From the NCBI GenBank assembly GCA_963722255.1, contig CAVRJO010000001.1, forward strand, positions 544,001-608,000: a stretch of 64,000 bases of DNA. The letters are read 5' to 3'. A program made the translations under genes and the position numbers. Each line of letters starts with the position of its first letter. The first letter of the stretch is position 1. The notes under the pieces are model-generated. The model was not told the origin of the DNA. It made no database searches and saw nothing but the letters and a program-made list of their open reading frames with translations. Source of the DNA: Candidatus Babeliales bacterium (lineage in GTDB: Bacteria; Babelota; Babeliae; Babelales; JANWKD01). Positions 18,436-28,560 of this stretch are shown in pieces.

Positions 18436-20298
18436 TTATTTTCTACGTTTAAACTTCTTTTCAATCTCATCAAGTGACAATACCCAACTTGTTGGCCTAC
18501 CATGCGGACAACTAAATCTATTTTCAGTTTTGGAAAGATCATTTAAAAGTTGATTAATCTGCTCATGAGTTATATCATCTCCGGCTTTTATAGCTGCTTT
18601 ACAAGCCATTTGAGCTTGCATTTTCTTATTAATTTCAGTAAAAAATTGATCTTTTTCTAAATGGCTAAACTCATTAAAAAGATCAATGATTTCGCGAATA
18701 AATTCCGACCAAACAACCGATTTTAAATGCACAGGAATTGATGAAATAACTAACTGATTTTCTCCTTTTTGATCACATATAATCCCATATTCTTGGAGCA
18801 ACACACTATTATCAATGATCAACTTCATATCAGCAGTAGAAAGATGAATAATCTCAGGAAATAAAAGATTTGTTGAAGCAACTTCATGAAATCGACCCGC
18901 GTAACGTTCAAAAAGAATTCTTTCATGCGCTGCATGCTGGTCAACAAACAATATTCCTTCTTCATGATCGACAAGTATATAGGTCTTTTTTAGTACACCA
19001 AGAATTTCAAAACTGGTATCTTGAAATGCAACCTTACTTTGCTGCTGCGCATCGTCTCGAGATGCAAACATTTTTTTATTTGAAACTTCATCTACCGTAC
19101 TAGGCATACTTTTTTGCAAAGGTAGAGCAAAAGGTTCTTGCGATTTCGCCACTGGATCTTTGTGTAAGGCTTGATAATGATGAATATTAAAAGCTCCATA
19201 TTCAAAAAAATCATTGTTCTTAGATGAATCGTATGATTGAATTGGAGGTTCAACCCTTTCTTTTTCAATAAAAGAATCCAAATTAACTGATACCTTTTTT
19301 TCTAATGTTTTTTTAATAGTTGAAGTTATTGCATGTTCGATCTGTTTTTGGTTCGTAAACAAAACTTCTTCTTTGCGTGGATGGATGTTGCTATCGATCT
19401 CCGCCGGATTAACAGAAAGAGAAATGATTGAAACAGGATAACGAGCAGGTGGTAAAACATTCAGATACCCTTTCAGCAGTGCTTGCATTAAACAATAGTT
19501 ATTTACCCATCGTTTATTAACAAAAAAGAAAATATTGTTTCGATTATAACGGAAAAAATGGTGCTGAGAACTAAGAGCTTCTTGAACTATTAAACCATCT
19601 GTTTGTACATCAATAAGATTTCGAGCAACACTGACATCCCAAATTTGAGCAGAACGATCAATCAAACTATCAGCCGGCGGGCAGTTATGAACTAACGCGC
19701 TATCATGATACAATTGAAAATGTATGTCCCTATGAGCAAAGCAAAATGCCTGAAAAAGTTGAATAATCAATCGCCATTCAGTCTCTTCTTTTTTTAAAAA
19801 TTTTTTTCGAACAGGAACATTACAAAAAAGATCTTCAACTGAAATGTCAGTACCAGTTCCAAAAGCAGTTGGTTCAATTTTTACAAACTGTCCTTGATTA
19901 AAGATGACCCGAACACCTTCTTTATTCTCAACTTCTTTTGTCAACATGGTAACATTACTCACAGCACCAATGGTATACAGTGCCTCCCCGCGAAATCCAA
20001 AACTGTTTAATGAAGATAACTCCTCAAAAGAAGTTAATTTACTTGTTGCATGCCGTTCAAAACATAGTTCAGCATCCACTGGCGACATTCCACAGCCATT
20101 ATCTACGATACGGATTAAGGATTGGCCAGCATTTTTACAATAAATAGATATTTTTGTTGCTCCCGCATCAAGCGAATTTTCAACAAGTTCTTTTATTACA
20201 TTTACTGGTCGCTCAACAACTTGCCCTGCAGCAATTTTTTGAATCTCATGTATGAGTAATCGTTTAATCTTTTGCATAAGAGGGTCAAATAAAAACAA
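18436..20298 (-). CDS. mutL: DNA mismatch repair endonuclease MutL
   Basis: IAAGQVVERP..KELVENSLDAGA, DNGCGM, GFRGEAL, DQHAAHER, ACKAAIK, CPHGRP. Confidence 0.97.
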   Translation of the reverse strand: MFLFDPLMQKIKRLLIHEIQKIAAGQVVERPVNVIKELVENSLDAGATKISIYCKNAGQSLIRIVDNGCGMSPVDAELCFERHATSKLTSFEELSSLNSFGFRGEALYTIGAVSNVTMLTKEVENKEGVRVIFNQGQFVKIEPTAFGTGTDISVEDLFCNVPVRKKFLKKEETEWRLIIQLFQAFCFAHRDIHFQLYHDSALVHNCPPADSLIDRSAQIWDVSVARNLIDVQTDGLIVQEALSSQHHFFRYNRNNIFFFVNKRWVNNYCLMQALLKGYLNVLPPARYPVSIISLSVNPAEIDSNIHPRKEEVLFTNQKQIEHAITSTIKKTLEKKVSVNLDSFIEKERVEPPIQSYDSSKNNDFFEYGAFNIHHYQALHKDPVAKSQEPFALPLQKSMPSTVDEVSNKKMFASRDDAQQQSKVAFQDTSFEILGVLKKTYILVDHEEGILFVDQHAAHERILFERYAGRFHEVASTNLLFPEIIHLSTADMKLIIDNSVLLQEYGIICDQKGENQLVISSIPVHLKSVVWSEFIREIIDLFNEFSHLEKDQFFTEINKKMQAQMACKAAIKAGDDITHEQINQLLNDLSKTENRFSCPHGRPTSWVLSLDEIEKKFKRRK

Positions 20299-20307
20299 GA
20301 ATATTTT

Positions 20308-20847
20308 TTACAACCCTTTTAGTTTACCTTTGATAAGAAAATTAACCAACTTTTTTTCATCATAGACCATTGAAGATGGTTTTAATTCTATAAGATTCAT
20401 TGCTTGAAATAGTTCTGTAGCATTTAAATCATGAATAAAACCCAAAAGAGTCTCTATTGATTGAGTTTCACCTTCCATTGTAATCTCTTCTTCATTGCAA
20501 ATAACTGATTCGAGCATAACACAAGCAGGTATCATTTCAGAAATCTTGAAAATATGAGTATAAAAAAATGACGATTGTTGCCAAGATAGTATCTGCTTTA
20601 TTTGTTCTTTAAGTATAGAATAGTTGCGACATAACTGTTCATAGTTTTCAAGTGCAGCCGATGCACCGGAACTACGGAATGCAGTCAGCTTTTTCTTTAC
20701 ACTATATATCTCATAACAAAGTTGGACAGTATACCCAAATAAAATTGTTCCAACAAGACCTATACTGAGTAATGAACCAATACACCAGCGCCGCCAGCTC
20801 ATCTGCTCTTGAGGAGAAAAAGGATTAATTAGATTATATGGATTCAT
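20308..20847 (-). CDS. PilN-like fimbrial assembly protein
   Basis: NLINP start, single TM, coiled coil, ITMEGET...FIHDL...F ferredoxin-like PilN pattern. Confidence 0.65.
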   Translation of the reverse strand: MNPYNLINPFSPQEQMSWRRWCIGSLLSIGLVGTILFGYTVQLCYEIYSVKKKLTAFRSSGASAALENYEQLCRNYSILKEQIKQILSWQQSSFFYTHIFKISEMIPACVMLESVICNEEEITMEGETQSIETLLGFIHDLNATELFQAMNLIELKPSSMVYDEKKLVNFLIKGKLKGL

Positions 20848-21532
20848 AATTTTCCCCTAAAAGATATAAGCCCATTGATGCGCATAATGATTCAACTTCA
20901 TATTCTGAATACGCATAACCCTCATGAGTATCTTTTCTATTCTCCAAAAGTTCTAAAAATGATTTTAACCGATGACGAAAATCCAATCTTTCTCCTGACA
21001 CAACTTCGGCAGATGATTTTATTCCACGTACAGTCCAAAGTAGATTCAATAATGCTCTTTGTACCGACGTTATAAATATACAGTTAAAAGGAGCTCTGAG
21101 GGCAGCTAATTGATAGTGCAATATCTGAGAACGTGATAACCCGTAGACGTATACTAACACGTCTTTCGTTTCATTGGTGTGATCAAGCACACAATAGTTC
21201 CAAACCAGAGATTTGTTCTCAACTTGAAACATATTCATTACTATAGATTCACGTTCAACCCGATAATAGTTCTCATAGAGAGCATCTGACGAAAGTCCTA
21301 AAAGCACAAATGGATTTTTTAATGAATGTTTTTGTAAAAAATTCTGAATGCAACCATTCAAATAGGTTGAGTTTAATAAAGAGGTTTTATTGGTATAGAT
21401 AAAATCGGTTCTATGCACTTCATAGGCACGCATACAAAATGATAAAGAATCTTTCTTAGAGTGTTGAAGCCATATACAAAAAAGATGATCCGATCTGATA
21501 ATCACCGTAACAATTTCAGATGAGCTCCACAC
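20834..21532 (-). CDS. Hypothetical protein, possibly degenerate PilM-like
   Basis: Directly upstream of and overlapping the PilN-like gene; ends ..ASMGLYL (cf. PilM A.GLAL). Confidence 0.5.
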   Translation of the reverse strand: MWSSSEIVTVIIRSDHLFCIWLQHSKKDSLSFCMRAYEVHRTDFIYTNKTSLLNSTYLNGCIQNFLQKHSLKNPFVLLGLSSDALYENYYRVERESIVMNMFQVENKSLVWNYCVLDHTNETKDVLVYVYGLSRSQILHYQLAALRAPFNCIFITSVQRALLNLLWTVRGIKSSAEVVSGERLDFRHRLKSFLELLENRKDTHEGYAYSEYEVESLCASMGLYLLGENYESI

Positions 21533-21616
21533 GCTTCATACTCCTAACCCTCTTTAACGTCCTCTTACTTCATTATTGATTTACTATAGAAAGTTTAACA
21601 ACTAACTCGCAATAGT

Positions 21617-22495
21617 TCATACTAATGAACCACATACAACACGATCTTTGCCATTACAATCACGCAACAAAGTAGGAGAAGAAAACAAATTATTCATACG
21701 CTGTAAAGCAGCTTCTCCTTGATTATAACCTATTTCACAATAAAGTTGGGCTATCCCATACAAAGATAGAGAAGAATTTTTATGTAGATAGTTACTCGCT
21801 TGGAGGCAAATTGAATCCACCAATGCTAGGCCATTTTCCGGAGCAACCAACGCATGATAATCTTCCCAATCTTTTACACTTGGTTCAACTGTTTGCCATT
21901 CAGCTACGCTAATATAAGGAGGATTAGTTACAATAAGATCAAAGCTCATTCCGGAAAGCGCAGAAAAAAGATCTGATTGGATACACGTAATTGCTACCCC
22001 ATTCGCTTCGGCATTTTTTTTTGTTTCAGCAACAGCAAATTCTGAAATATCAGTTGCCACCAACGTAGCCTCAGGAAGGGCCTTTGCCAAAGCACATGCA
22101 ATAGCGCCGGAACCGGTACACAAATCAAGAATTTTTATTTTTTTATTGGGCAATTTTTGAAGCTTTTGAATAAGACCCGCTACCCATTCCTCAGTCTCAG
22201 GTCTTGGAATTAACAAAGGGGGTTTAACAGCAATAGTACAATCAATAAAAGGCACCGTACCAATCAAATAAGCCAACGGCTTATTATTCTTAGTATGCTC
22301 AAAAACCCACTGCTGAAGAGCAGCATTCTGCTGCTCATTAAGAATTTGGTGGCTAAAAAGAAGCTCAAGTTTAGTTTTACCAGTTATGGCACTCAGCATC
22401 CACCAGATAACAGCCTCTGCTTGCTCTGAGTTGCCATAGAGCGGCACTAACTGTTCTTTACTTTTTATTACTATTAAATCTAATTCACGGTTCAT
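21617..22495 (-). CDS. prmC: Release factor glutamine methyltransferase PrmC/HemK
   Basis: PLAYLIG, LIPRPETE, LDLCTGSGAIA, DLIVTNPPY, EIGYNQ. Confidence 0.96.
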   Translation of the reverse strand: MNRELDLIVIKSKEQLVPLYGNSEQAEAVIWWMLSAITGKTKLELLFSHQILNEQQNAALQQWVFEHTKNNKPLAYLIGTVPFIDCTIAVKPPLLIPRPETEEWVAGLIQKLQKLPNKKIKILDLCTGSGAIACALAKALPEATLVATDISEFAVAETKKNAEANGVAITCIQSDLFSALSGMSFDLIVTNPPYISVAEWQTVEPSVKDWEDYHALVAPENGLALVDSICLQASNYLHKNSSLSLYGIAQLYCEIGYNQGEAALQRMNNLFSSPTLLRDCNGKDRVVCGSLV

Positions 22496-22586
22496 TTAAA
22501 AGCCTTTCCGGGACTATTTTTTCCAAAAATAATCTTTACGTGGTATCCTAGTTATAAGTATACCATTTTTATACAGGGAAGTATTT

Positions 22587-23513
22587 ATGATATTAATCGT
22601 ACTACTTTATGCATTACTCGCGGGAACCTTTTCCTTGGGTAAAATGATTTTAGCCTATTCACAGCCAATTTTTGTGGTTGGCATGAGAATGTCTATTTCA
22701 GGAGCAATCCTGCTTTTATATCATAGCTTATGGAACCATACACAATTGCGCATAAAAAAAGAGCATCTCTGGAAATTTATACAAGCTACCCTATTTACCA
22801 TTTATATCCCTTACCTACTTCGTTACTGGGGACTTGTTTATCTTTCTTCAAGCAAAGCATGCCTTCTTTATAACTTTGGTCCTTTTTTGACCTACTTTTT
22901 TTCTTATATTATATGCAAAGAAAAGGTAACCCTAAAAAAAATCACCGGTCTTTGTATTGGATTTATCGGCCTAATACCGTTGTTTCTTACAAGATCTTTC
23001 CATCTACCTGAAAATCATGGGCTCTTTATATTGCCAGAGATAGCATTGCTCGTTGCTGTTTCTTCTATGAGTTATGGTTGGCTTATTATTCATAAGCTCA
23101 TTAATAAGGATTCGTATTCGCCCAGTATGACCAATGGCATAATAATGTTTGCCGGAGGTATACTTGCTTTACTTACGTCGATGCTTTTTGAAGATCATTC
23201 AGCCTATGTTACTGATTTTGTTCCATTTATTACTATTTTAAGCATTATCATCGTTGTAAGTAATTTAATCTGTCATAATCTCTATGGAGCTCTTTTAAAA
23301 ATTTATTCACCAACAATGCTCTCATTTACCAGCTTTCTATCGCCTCTTTTTGCAGCGCTTTATGGTTGGCTTTTTATGCACGAAATAATACCTCTTCATT
23401 TTTATGGCTCTGCAGGAATTATTTTTATAGGACTTGCACTCTTTTATTCTGATGAACTTGGTAGCCAAAAATCATCTACGAGTACTGAATCAACGTTAGA
23501 ACAAACAGCATAA
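22587..23513 (+). CDS. DMT/EamA-family transporter
   Basis: About 10 TM helices, two EamA repeats (KEKVTLKKITG; PLFAALYGWLFMHE). Confidence 0.88.
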   Translation: MILIVLLYALLAGTFSLGKMILAYSQPIFVVGMRMSISGAILLLYHSLWNHTQLRIKKEHLWKFIQATLFTIYIPYLLRYWGLVYLSSSKACLLYNFGPFLTYFFSYIICKEKVTLKKITGLCIGFIGLIPLFLTRSFHLPENHGLFILPEIALLVAVSSMSYGWLIIHKLINKDSYSPSMTNGIIMFAGGILALLTSMLFEDHSAYVTDFVPFITILSIIIVVSNLICHNLYGALLKIYSPTMLSFTSFLSPLFAALYGWLFMHEIIPLHFYGSAGIIFIGLALFYSDELGSQKSSTSTESTLEQTA

Positions 23514-23537
23514 AGCACTTAATTGTTCCAAAAAAAT

Positions 23538-23576
23538 AAAATGGCACGTATATAAAATTTATATCACGTGCCATTT
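23538..23576. terminator. Bidirectional terminator between convergent genes
   Basis: AAATGGCACGT...ACGTGCCATTT. Confidence 0.7.
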
Positions 23577-23605
23577 CTATCTTCTCAAACTAAACAATTG
23601 AGCTC

Positions 23606-24664
23606 TTATTTTGGTTTTACAATCAGTTCATATTTTTCTAGCAACTTGTTACAATCAAGATTGTTTTGAACATTGCGTGCTATGCGCGTAAAACTATTTT
23701 TTATCAATGACGATAAAGCAGATTCTTCATTTCTTTCTATTGCATGATCAAATGGTGAACGGTGCGCATTATCTTTATGAAGAATATTAATATTTTTATT
23801 CCCCATTAATAACGAAATTATAGAATCAAATCCTTTTTGTGATGCATGTGTTAATGCAGAATACCCAAAATCATCAGTAGCATTAACATCAAGATCAGAT
23901 CTTTCAAGCATAAGCTCAACATAATAATCTGAGCCGGTGTTTACAGCAGTAATAAGTGGCGTGAAACCATAACCATCTTTACTATTTATATTAATGCGCT
24001 CATCTGCCAATAATGCTTGCAAACTTTGAAGATCGTTATTGTTTAAAGCAACAAATATAGGATTAAAGCCGTGTTTTTTAAGACTATCAAAATTTGCATT
24101 TAAAAGTTTTTTTGATACTTTACCTGAATTCACATACTTTTTACATAGGGGTTGGTTGGATTTTTGTGCAAGCTTACACAATGTCGAGTAAGTATTAACT
24201 TCAACGGGTAGATCATGTGAGACTCTTACAACGTTTTCTGCATTTACTAATGATTGAGCTGCAAAAAATTTCAAGCAAGGAACAGTTTTTTTTATTGGTT
24301 TTTGATCAGCCAAAGCCGCGCTCAAAGAAACAATTGGTTGAATATGTTGAATAGGTTCTTGAGAAGCTTCAGAGGCCAAATCATGTGGTATTCTTACAAC
24401 GGCTAATGCTGAATGCTCATTATCTTTATTAATTATTTCTTCTTTCTCAATAGACTCATCATCATTGTTTCTTGCAGGCTCTACTTCAAAAGCAATAGAA
24501 GGCGTATTGCCTTTGTCTTTATCATGACTATTTCCTTGAGCAAAATAGATCAAAGAATGTGCACGTAATGGGCTATCTTCATCTAAATCGCTAAGCTGCA
24601 TAGCATACAACCCAAAAGGTACAATTAAACCGCATAGAAAAAACATACAATATTTTTTTACCAT
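23606..24664 (-). CDS. Secreted ankyrin-repeat protein
   Basis: Signal peptide (YAMQ); C-terminal ANK repeats (GFTPLITAV, GYSALTHAS). Confidence 0.88.
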   Translation of the reverse strand: MVKKYCMFFLCGLIVPFGLYAMQLSDLDEDSPLRAHSLIYFAQGNSHDKDKGNTPSIAFEVEPARNNDDESIEKEEIINKDNEHSALAVVRIPHDLASEASQEPIQHIQPIVSLSAALADQKPIKKTVPCLKFFAAQSLVNAENVVRVSHDLPVEVNTYSTLCKLAQKSNQPLCKKYVNSGKVSKKLLNANFDSLKKHGFNPIFVALNNNDLQSLQALLADERININSKDGYGFTPLITAVNTGSDYYVELMLERSDLDVNATDDFGYSALTHASQKGFDSIISLLMGNKNINILHKDNAHRSPFDHAIERNEESALSSLIKNSFTRIARNVQNNLDCNKLLEKYELIVKPK

Positions 24665-24794
24665 AGATAACTCCGCACTGTTTTTATAATAAATTATCAC
24701 TTGTAATATCATATCATATACAATAAAAAGTGACAAATGGTGCCATAAGAAATTTACTATGAGAAAATACAGAGATAAATAAGCTATTGCAAGC

Positions 24795-25718
24795 TCACTT
24801 GATCGGAGCTTCTATAGTCTCAAAAAATGCAGTAACCTGTTGCACATAATCATCAGGATAGATCTTAAAAATACCTGCATGATGAGCACCATCAACAACC
24901 CACAGCTTTTTGTGACAGGAAACTTTAGCATATAATTCATGCGCAGCTGCAACATCAGCGAGCATATCGTGATTAGAGTGGATAATAAAAATCGGGGTTG
25001 TTAACTGATCAGCCCAAGCATGAGCATTAACCTCTTCCATGCTACACTGGCACAAATATTCAAAAATAGTCTGGCAAAATGTCATAAAAGGCATTAACGG
25101 CAAACCGGTCTTTTCAGGAAACATCTTTGCAAGCTGCAAATCAAGACTCTTAAACGCAGAATCTATAACAATTCCTTTAAAAGGTGTTCCTTGAGAAGCA
25201 GCACCCAACAATGAAACGGCGCCCATAGATATACCAATTCCAAAAATTGGCAACATATTCGCTTTTTCATGGGTATGCAAAAAATTAAATGCGGCAATAA
25301 CATCATTCATCTCATAAAAGCCAATGGTGGTAAAATCACCCTGACTTTCCCCATGAGCACGATAATCAAATATCAAAATATTATCATTAGGAAATAGCTT
25401 TACTAAATTATATAATCGTTCTTTACTTCGTGAATAGCCGTGGCACATAAGAAAGTTGCGTTTTGCTTGTGGCCGAATAAATAAAAGACCTGCTAAATGC
25501 ATCCCATCAGAAGCTTTAAACGTTATCGGTTGCCCACCCTGTTCTTTGCACAAAAGAGTATTAAATTCACCATTACGAACGAGCCATTCCTGCTTGTGAA
25601 TGCGACGAAATATAAATTTTTTTACAATAAGATATGAAATCCAGCTTATGGCTGCTAAGGCGATCATACAGCTCAAAACAAACGCAATTATGACTTTTCT
25701 TAATTTCACTTTTACCAT
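24795..25718 (-). CDS. Alpha/beta hydrolase with N-terminal membrane anchor
   Basis: CHGY, FDYRAHGES, GISMG nucleophile elbow, IHSNHD, GAHH. Confidence 0.92.
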   Translation of the reverse strand: MVKVKLRKVIIAFVLSCMIALAAISWISYLIVKKFIFRRIHKQEWLVRNGEFNTLLCKEQGGQPITFKASDGMHLAGLLFIRPQAKRNFLMCHGYSRSKERLYNLVKLFPNDNILIFDYRAHGESQGDFTTIGFYEMNDVIAAFNFLHTHEKANMLPIFGIGISMGAVSLLGAASQGTPFKGIVIDSAFKSLDLQLAKMFPEKTGLPLMPFMTFCQTIFEYLCQCSMEEVNAHAWADQLTTPIFIIHSNHDMLADVAAAHELYAKVSCHKKLWVVDGAHHAGIFKIYPDDYVQQVTAFFETIEAPIK

Positions 25719-25724
25719 ACTCTA

Positions 25725-26066
25725 TCACAGTTTAAATAGATTTTTTCCTGCCAAAAAATGAACATGCAGATGAAAAACAATCTGTCCGGCTGCAGCACCA
25801 TTATTTACTACAAGATTAAATGCTCCTGCTCCCGGCAATAGCTCTGTAAGCTTTTTAGGAACTTCAACAAAAATTTTATGAGTAATTACATCATCTTCTG
25901 CAGTCAATGCACTCAAATCAGAAACATGTTTTTTGGGAATGATGAGATTATGAATTGGAGCCTTTGGATGAATATCTTTAATGACCATGACGTCCTCATC
26001 CTGCCAAACAACCGCTGCAGGAAGAATGCCTTCTATAATTTTACAAAAGATACAATCAGTATGCAC
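25725..26066 (-). CDS. Histidine triad nucleotide-binding protein (HinT-like)
   Basis: DCIFCKI, DIHPKAPIH, NNGAAAGQIVFHLHVH; GTG 26066 start chosen because the longer ORF overlaps the tRNA. Confidence 0.92.
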   Translation of the reverse strand: MHTDCIFCKIIEGILPAAVVWQDEDVMVIKDIHPKAPIHNLIIPKKHVSDLSALTAEDDVITHKIFVEVPKKLTELLPGAGAFNLVVNNGAAAGQIVFHLHVHFLAGKNLFKL

Positions 26067-26129
26067 TCTCTTTCTCCCTAGAAAGTTTAGCGAAGTCTGG
26101 CTCAGCCAGGCATTTCTGGAAGAAATGAC

Positions 26130-26216
26130 TGGTGCCGGGAGTCGGACTCGAACCGACATGGTGTTGCCACCGCGGGATTTTGAGTCCCGTGCGTCTGCCA
26201 ATTTCGCCATCCCGGC
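26130..26216 (-). tRNA. tRNA-Leu(CAA)
   Basis: GCCGGGATGGCGAAATTGGCAGACGC...CGGGA-CT-CAA-AA-TCCCG, long variable arm, GTTCGAG, ends GGCACCA. Confidence 0.96.
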
Positions 26217-26299
26217 TTATATATTTCAATAGTATCAACTTTAAAAAAGAATATAAGAAAATAGAGAATTGGTCAATTCAAAAATCTTTTTATCTCTAG

Positions 26300-26537
26300 T
26301 AGGGCAAACGCACTAAAAATTCAGATTTTAAACTTATTATATTAACACAAGATTACTGTAATTTATCAAAGCAAAATTAACGAATTAAGCATAATGTCAT
26401 CACGAGGAATGAAATGACGTGGTGACCCAGTAATAAAATGAAAAATCTTTATAAATCGCAATAACAGGCGAAAATTTATTGTTACTTCAAGAAAGTTTTT
26501 TTCCTTTTTTAAATTCGACACTAATGCGTTTGCCCTA
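26300..26537. mobile_element. Non-autonomous MITE (238 bp)
   Basis: Terminal inverted repeats TAGGGCAAACGCA...TGCGTTTGCCCTA flanked by a perfect 9-bp direct repeat TATCTCTAG (26291-26299, 26538-26546). Confidence 0.85.
26395..26430 (+). repeat. Short palindromic repeat (RPE/REP-like, TGTCAT...CCAG) inside the MITE
   Basis: TGTCATCACGAGGAATGAAATGACGTGGTGACCCAG followed by TAATAAAATGAAAA, as at 28212. Confidence 0.6.
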
Positions 26538-26637
26538 TATCTCTAGCCAGACTCATTGACAAAAGAGACCTTAATTTTTTATAATTATTTACAGATTAAA
26601 ATAACTTTTAATACACAAAAATTTGGTCTCTTTATCC

Positions 26638-26958
26638 ATGATATCTATAAAAACAATAGAAGAAGTCAAAAAAAGACTTATCAATACTTATAACCCCCTA
26701 GAGATATATCTATTTGGTTCATATGCCTGGGGAAAGCCTGATGAAGAAAGCGACCTGGATTTGCTTATCGTGGTTGAAGATTTTAAGAACAATCGTTATC
26801 AAGACTTGGTCTTAGGGCACAAGGCGTTAATGGATATGAGTTTATCTAAAGATATTTTACTTTTTAACAAAAAAGAATTTGATCTAAAATCTAAAGACAG
26901 TTCGGAATTCTGTTACAAAGTCAAAAATTTGGGCAAAAAAATTTATGCAAAAGCATGA
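26638..26958 (+). CDS. Minimal nucleotidyltransferase (MNT) antitoxin-type protein
   Basis: IYLFGSYAWGKPDEESDLDLLIV. Confidence 0.92.
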   Translation: MISIKTIEEVKKRLINTYNPLEIYLFGSYAWGKPDEESDLDLLIVVEDFKNNRYQDLVLGHKALMDMSLSKDILLFNKKEFDLKSKDSSEFCYKVKNLGKKIYAKA

Positions 26959-27318
26959 TGAATGGCTTTTATTTGCCGAAAATGATTTAAAGGTCGCTAA
27001 ATATTACTCAATGCTCATGAAGTTATTTTGGGCCCCATTTATTATCATGCTCAGCAATGCGCTGAAAAATCATTAAAGGCCTATTTAATTTTTCAAAACA
27101 ACGGACTAAAAAGAACTCATGATCTTGTTGCTCTTGTCAATGTATGTTCCGAATTTGACAAACAATTTGACATACTGCTTAATGACGCTGCTGATTTAAA
27201 TCCTTATTCCATAGCCGGTCGTTATCCTGATGATTTCTTTACTCCGGACGCCACAACAGTAAAAATCTGCATAGATAAAGCAGAGAAGATTTTAGATTTT
27301 GTAAAAATTAAAATTTAA
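26945..27318 (+). pseudogene. HEPN-domain protein (MNT partner), frameshifted near 27000
   Basis: MQKHDEWLLFAENDLKVAK in one frame; YHAQQCAEKSLKAYL, RTHDL, RYPD in the -1 frame. Confidence 0.82.
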
Positions 27319-27438
27319 TACTGATTTAGATTTCTTCAAAATCGTTCTTTGTATATTAGCTGCTAAACTCTTGATTTAAAAATTGATTGTGTGCAATTTT
27401 GACCATATCAATAGTTTTTATAACCAAGAAAGACACCG

Positions 27439-27870
27439 ATGAAAAATCTAACAAATTTTTTTAAAAAAAGCGCCGTTGCTATCGGCATTTCAATCGTATT
27501 CCCTTTACTTATTAGTGCAGCATTTGATCTACTATGTCCAAGACCTCAGTATCCTGACTTTGCATCGGTAAAAGAGGAAGAACGACCACAAGTAAGAAAT
27601 AAATGGAACAACGAGTATCAAACCTATCTTTTTTACTATTTGTGCGTTGCAGCAGTTGCCGGATGCTTGGCTATAGTAGCAGGTTCGCTTATAAAAATTG
27701 ATTTTTTAGCAAGCGGATTTATTGTTGGAGGAGTTCTTTCTCTCCTTTCTGGCTTTCTTTTTTATTGGCACTATCTGCAGCGATTTTTTCAATTGGGAGC
27801 ATTAGTTATTGCACTGCTCTTGCTTATTATATGCGGATATTTTTTTATTGAACGGCAAAAAACTTTTTAG
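27439..27870 (+). CDS. Membrane protein (about 4 TM)
   Basis: Hydrophobic helices; CPRPQYP loop. Confidence 0.78.
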   Translation: MKNLTNFFKKSAVAIGISIVFPLLISAAFDLLCPRPQYPDFASVKEEERPQVRNKWNNEYQTYLFYYLCVAAVAGCLAIVAGSLIKIDFLASGFIVGGVLSLLSGFLFYWHYLQRFFQLGALVIALLLLIICGYFFIERQKTF

Positions 27871-27955
27871 TTTAGGTATTTTTATGTCAAAATTTTTTTT
27901 ATTAAAGGTATATTGTGTGTCCAATATACCTTAACTACAAAGGAATTATATTTTA

Positions 27956-28098
27956 ACAGTATTTTACCTGTCTAAAATACTGTAGACAAAAGGACACAAA
28001 CGGTTCCGTTTGATCCCTCTCCCGCTCCAATATGGCCCACTTCAACATTAATGCTTACAGCATTAAGTTTTCGGGACCACGTGTAGCTACCGGAAAGA
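27956..28098 (-). ncRNA. Structured repeat / candidate ncRNA, copy B
   Basis: Homologous to 33337-33478 and 38613-38753 with compensatory base changes. Confidence 0.65.
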
Positions 28099-28115
28099 TT
28101 TTATACATTTACGAT

Positions 28116-28211
28116 TGTCATCCAGAGACCTTCACCTAAGTGGAGGTCGTGCGTGTCCGCCAAAGCTTGCCAAGCCGGAAGGCCTGGATAAGCGTCGGCT
28201 GGGGGATCCAG
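28116..28211 (+). repeat. Composite RPE/REP-like palindromic repeat
   Basis: TGTCATCCAGAGA...GGCTGGGGGATCCAG; homologous to the reverse complement of 38368-38444; inner part matches the tRNA-Ser(GCT) trailer. Confidence 0.75.
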
Positions 28212-28224
28212 TAATAAAAATGAA

Positions 28225-28390
28225 AAGTCCTTTGAGCGCAACCGTTGAAGGATTTACAGCACGTAAGTGCGCGTGTCCGTCGAAGCCCTGGCGAAGTCGG
28301 AAGAATCCGCCTTTTGCGCGACAGAGATTCCTAAGATACTTCTTAGGTGCCCTTTTGGTTTTAGGTATTTTTGACATAAAAATACCTAAT
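28225..28390 (+). repeat. Divergent copy (D) of the structured repeat
   Basis: GCGCAA/TTGCGC outer stem, CCTAAGA/TCTTAGG hairpin followed by TGCCCTTTTG, terminal GGTATTTTT-GACAT-AAAAATACC hairpin. Confidence 0.45.
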
Positions 28391-28560
28391 TTAAAAAAAT
28401 GTATTAAAGGCATTGGGCTTACAATACCTTTATAAATAAAATATCTTTGTCTAAATATTTTGAATGCCCAAAATATTGTATTAAAAATATCTTGACAAAC
28501 AAGCAAGCATTGTTTACATCTAGACTCGTCATAAAATCAACACCCATAGCAGGAGCAACA

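Noticed and set aside
26067..26238. N-terminal extension of the HIT ORF (start 26210) and small ORFs 25981-26232 and 26056-26238
   Set aside because: They overlap tRNA-Leu; HIT similarity begins at GTG 26066
28115..28506. ORFs 28115-28435 (+) and 28132-28506 (-), and likewise 38499-38774 (-)
   Set aside because: Open frames across GC-rich palindromic repeats; no RBS or protein motifs
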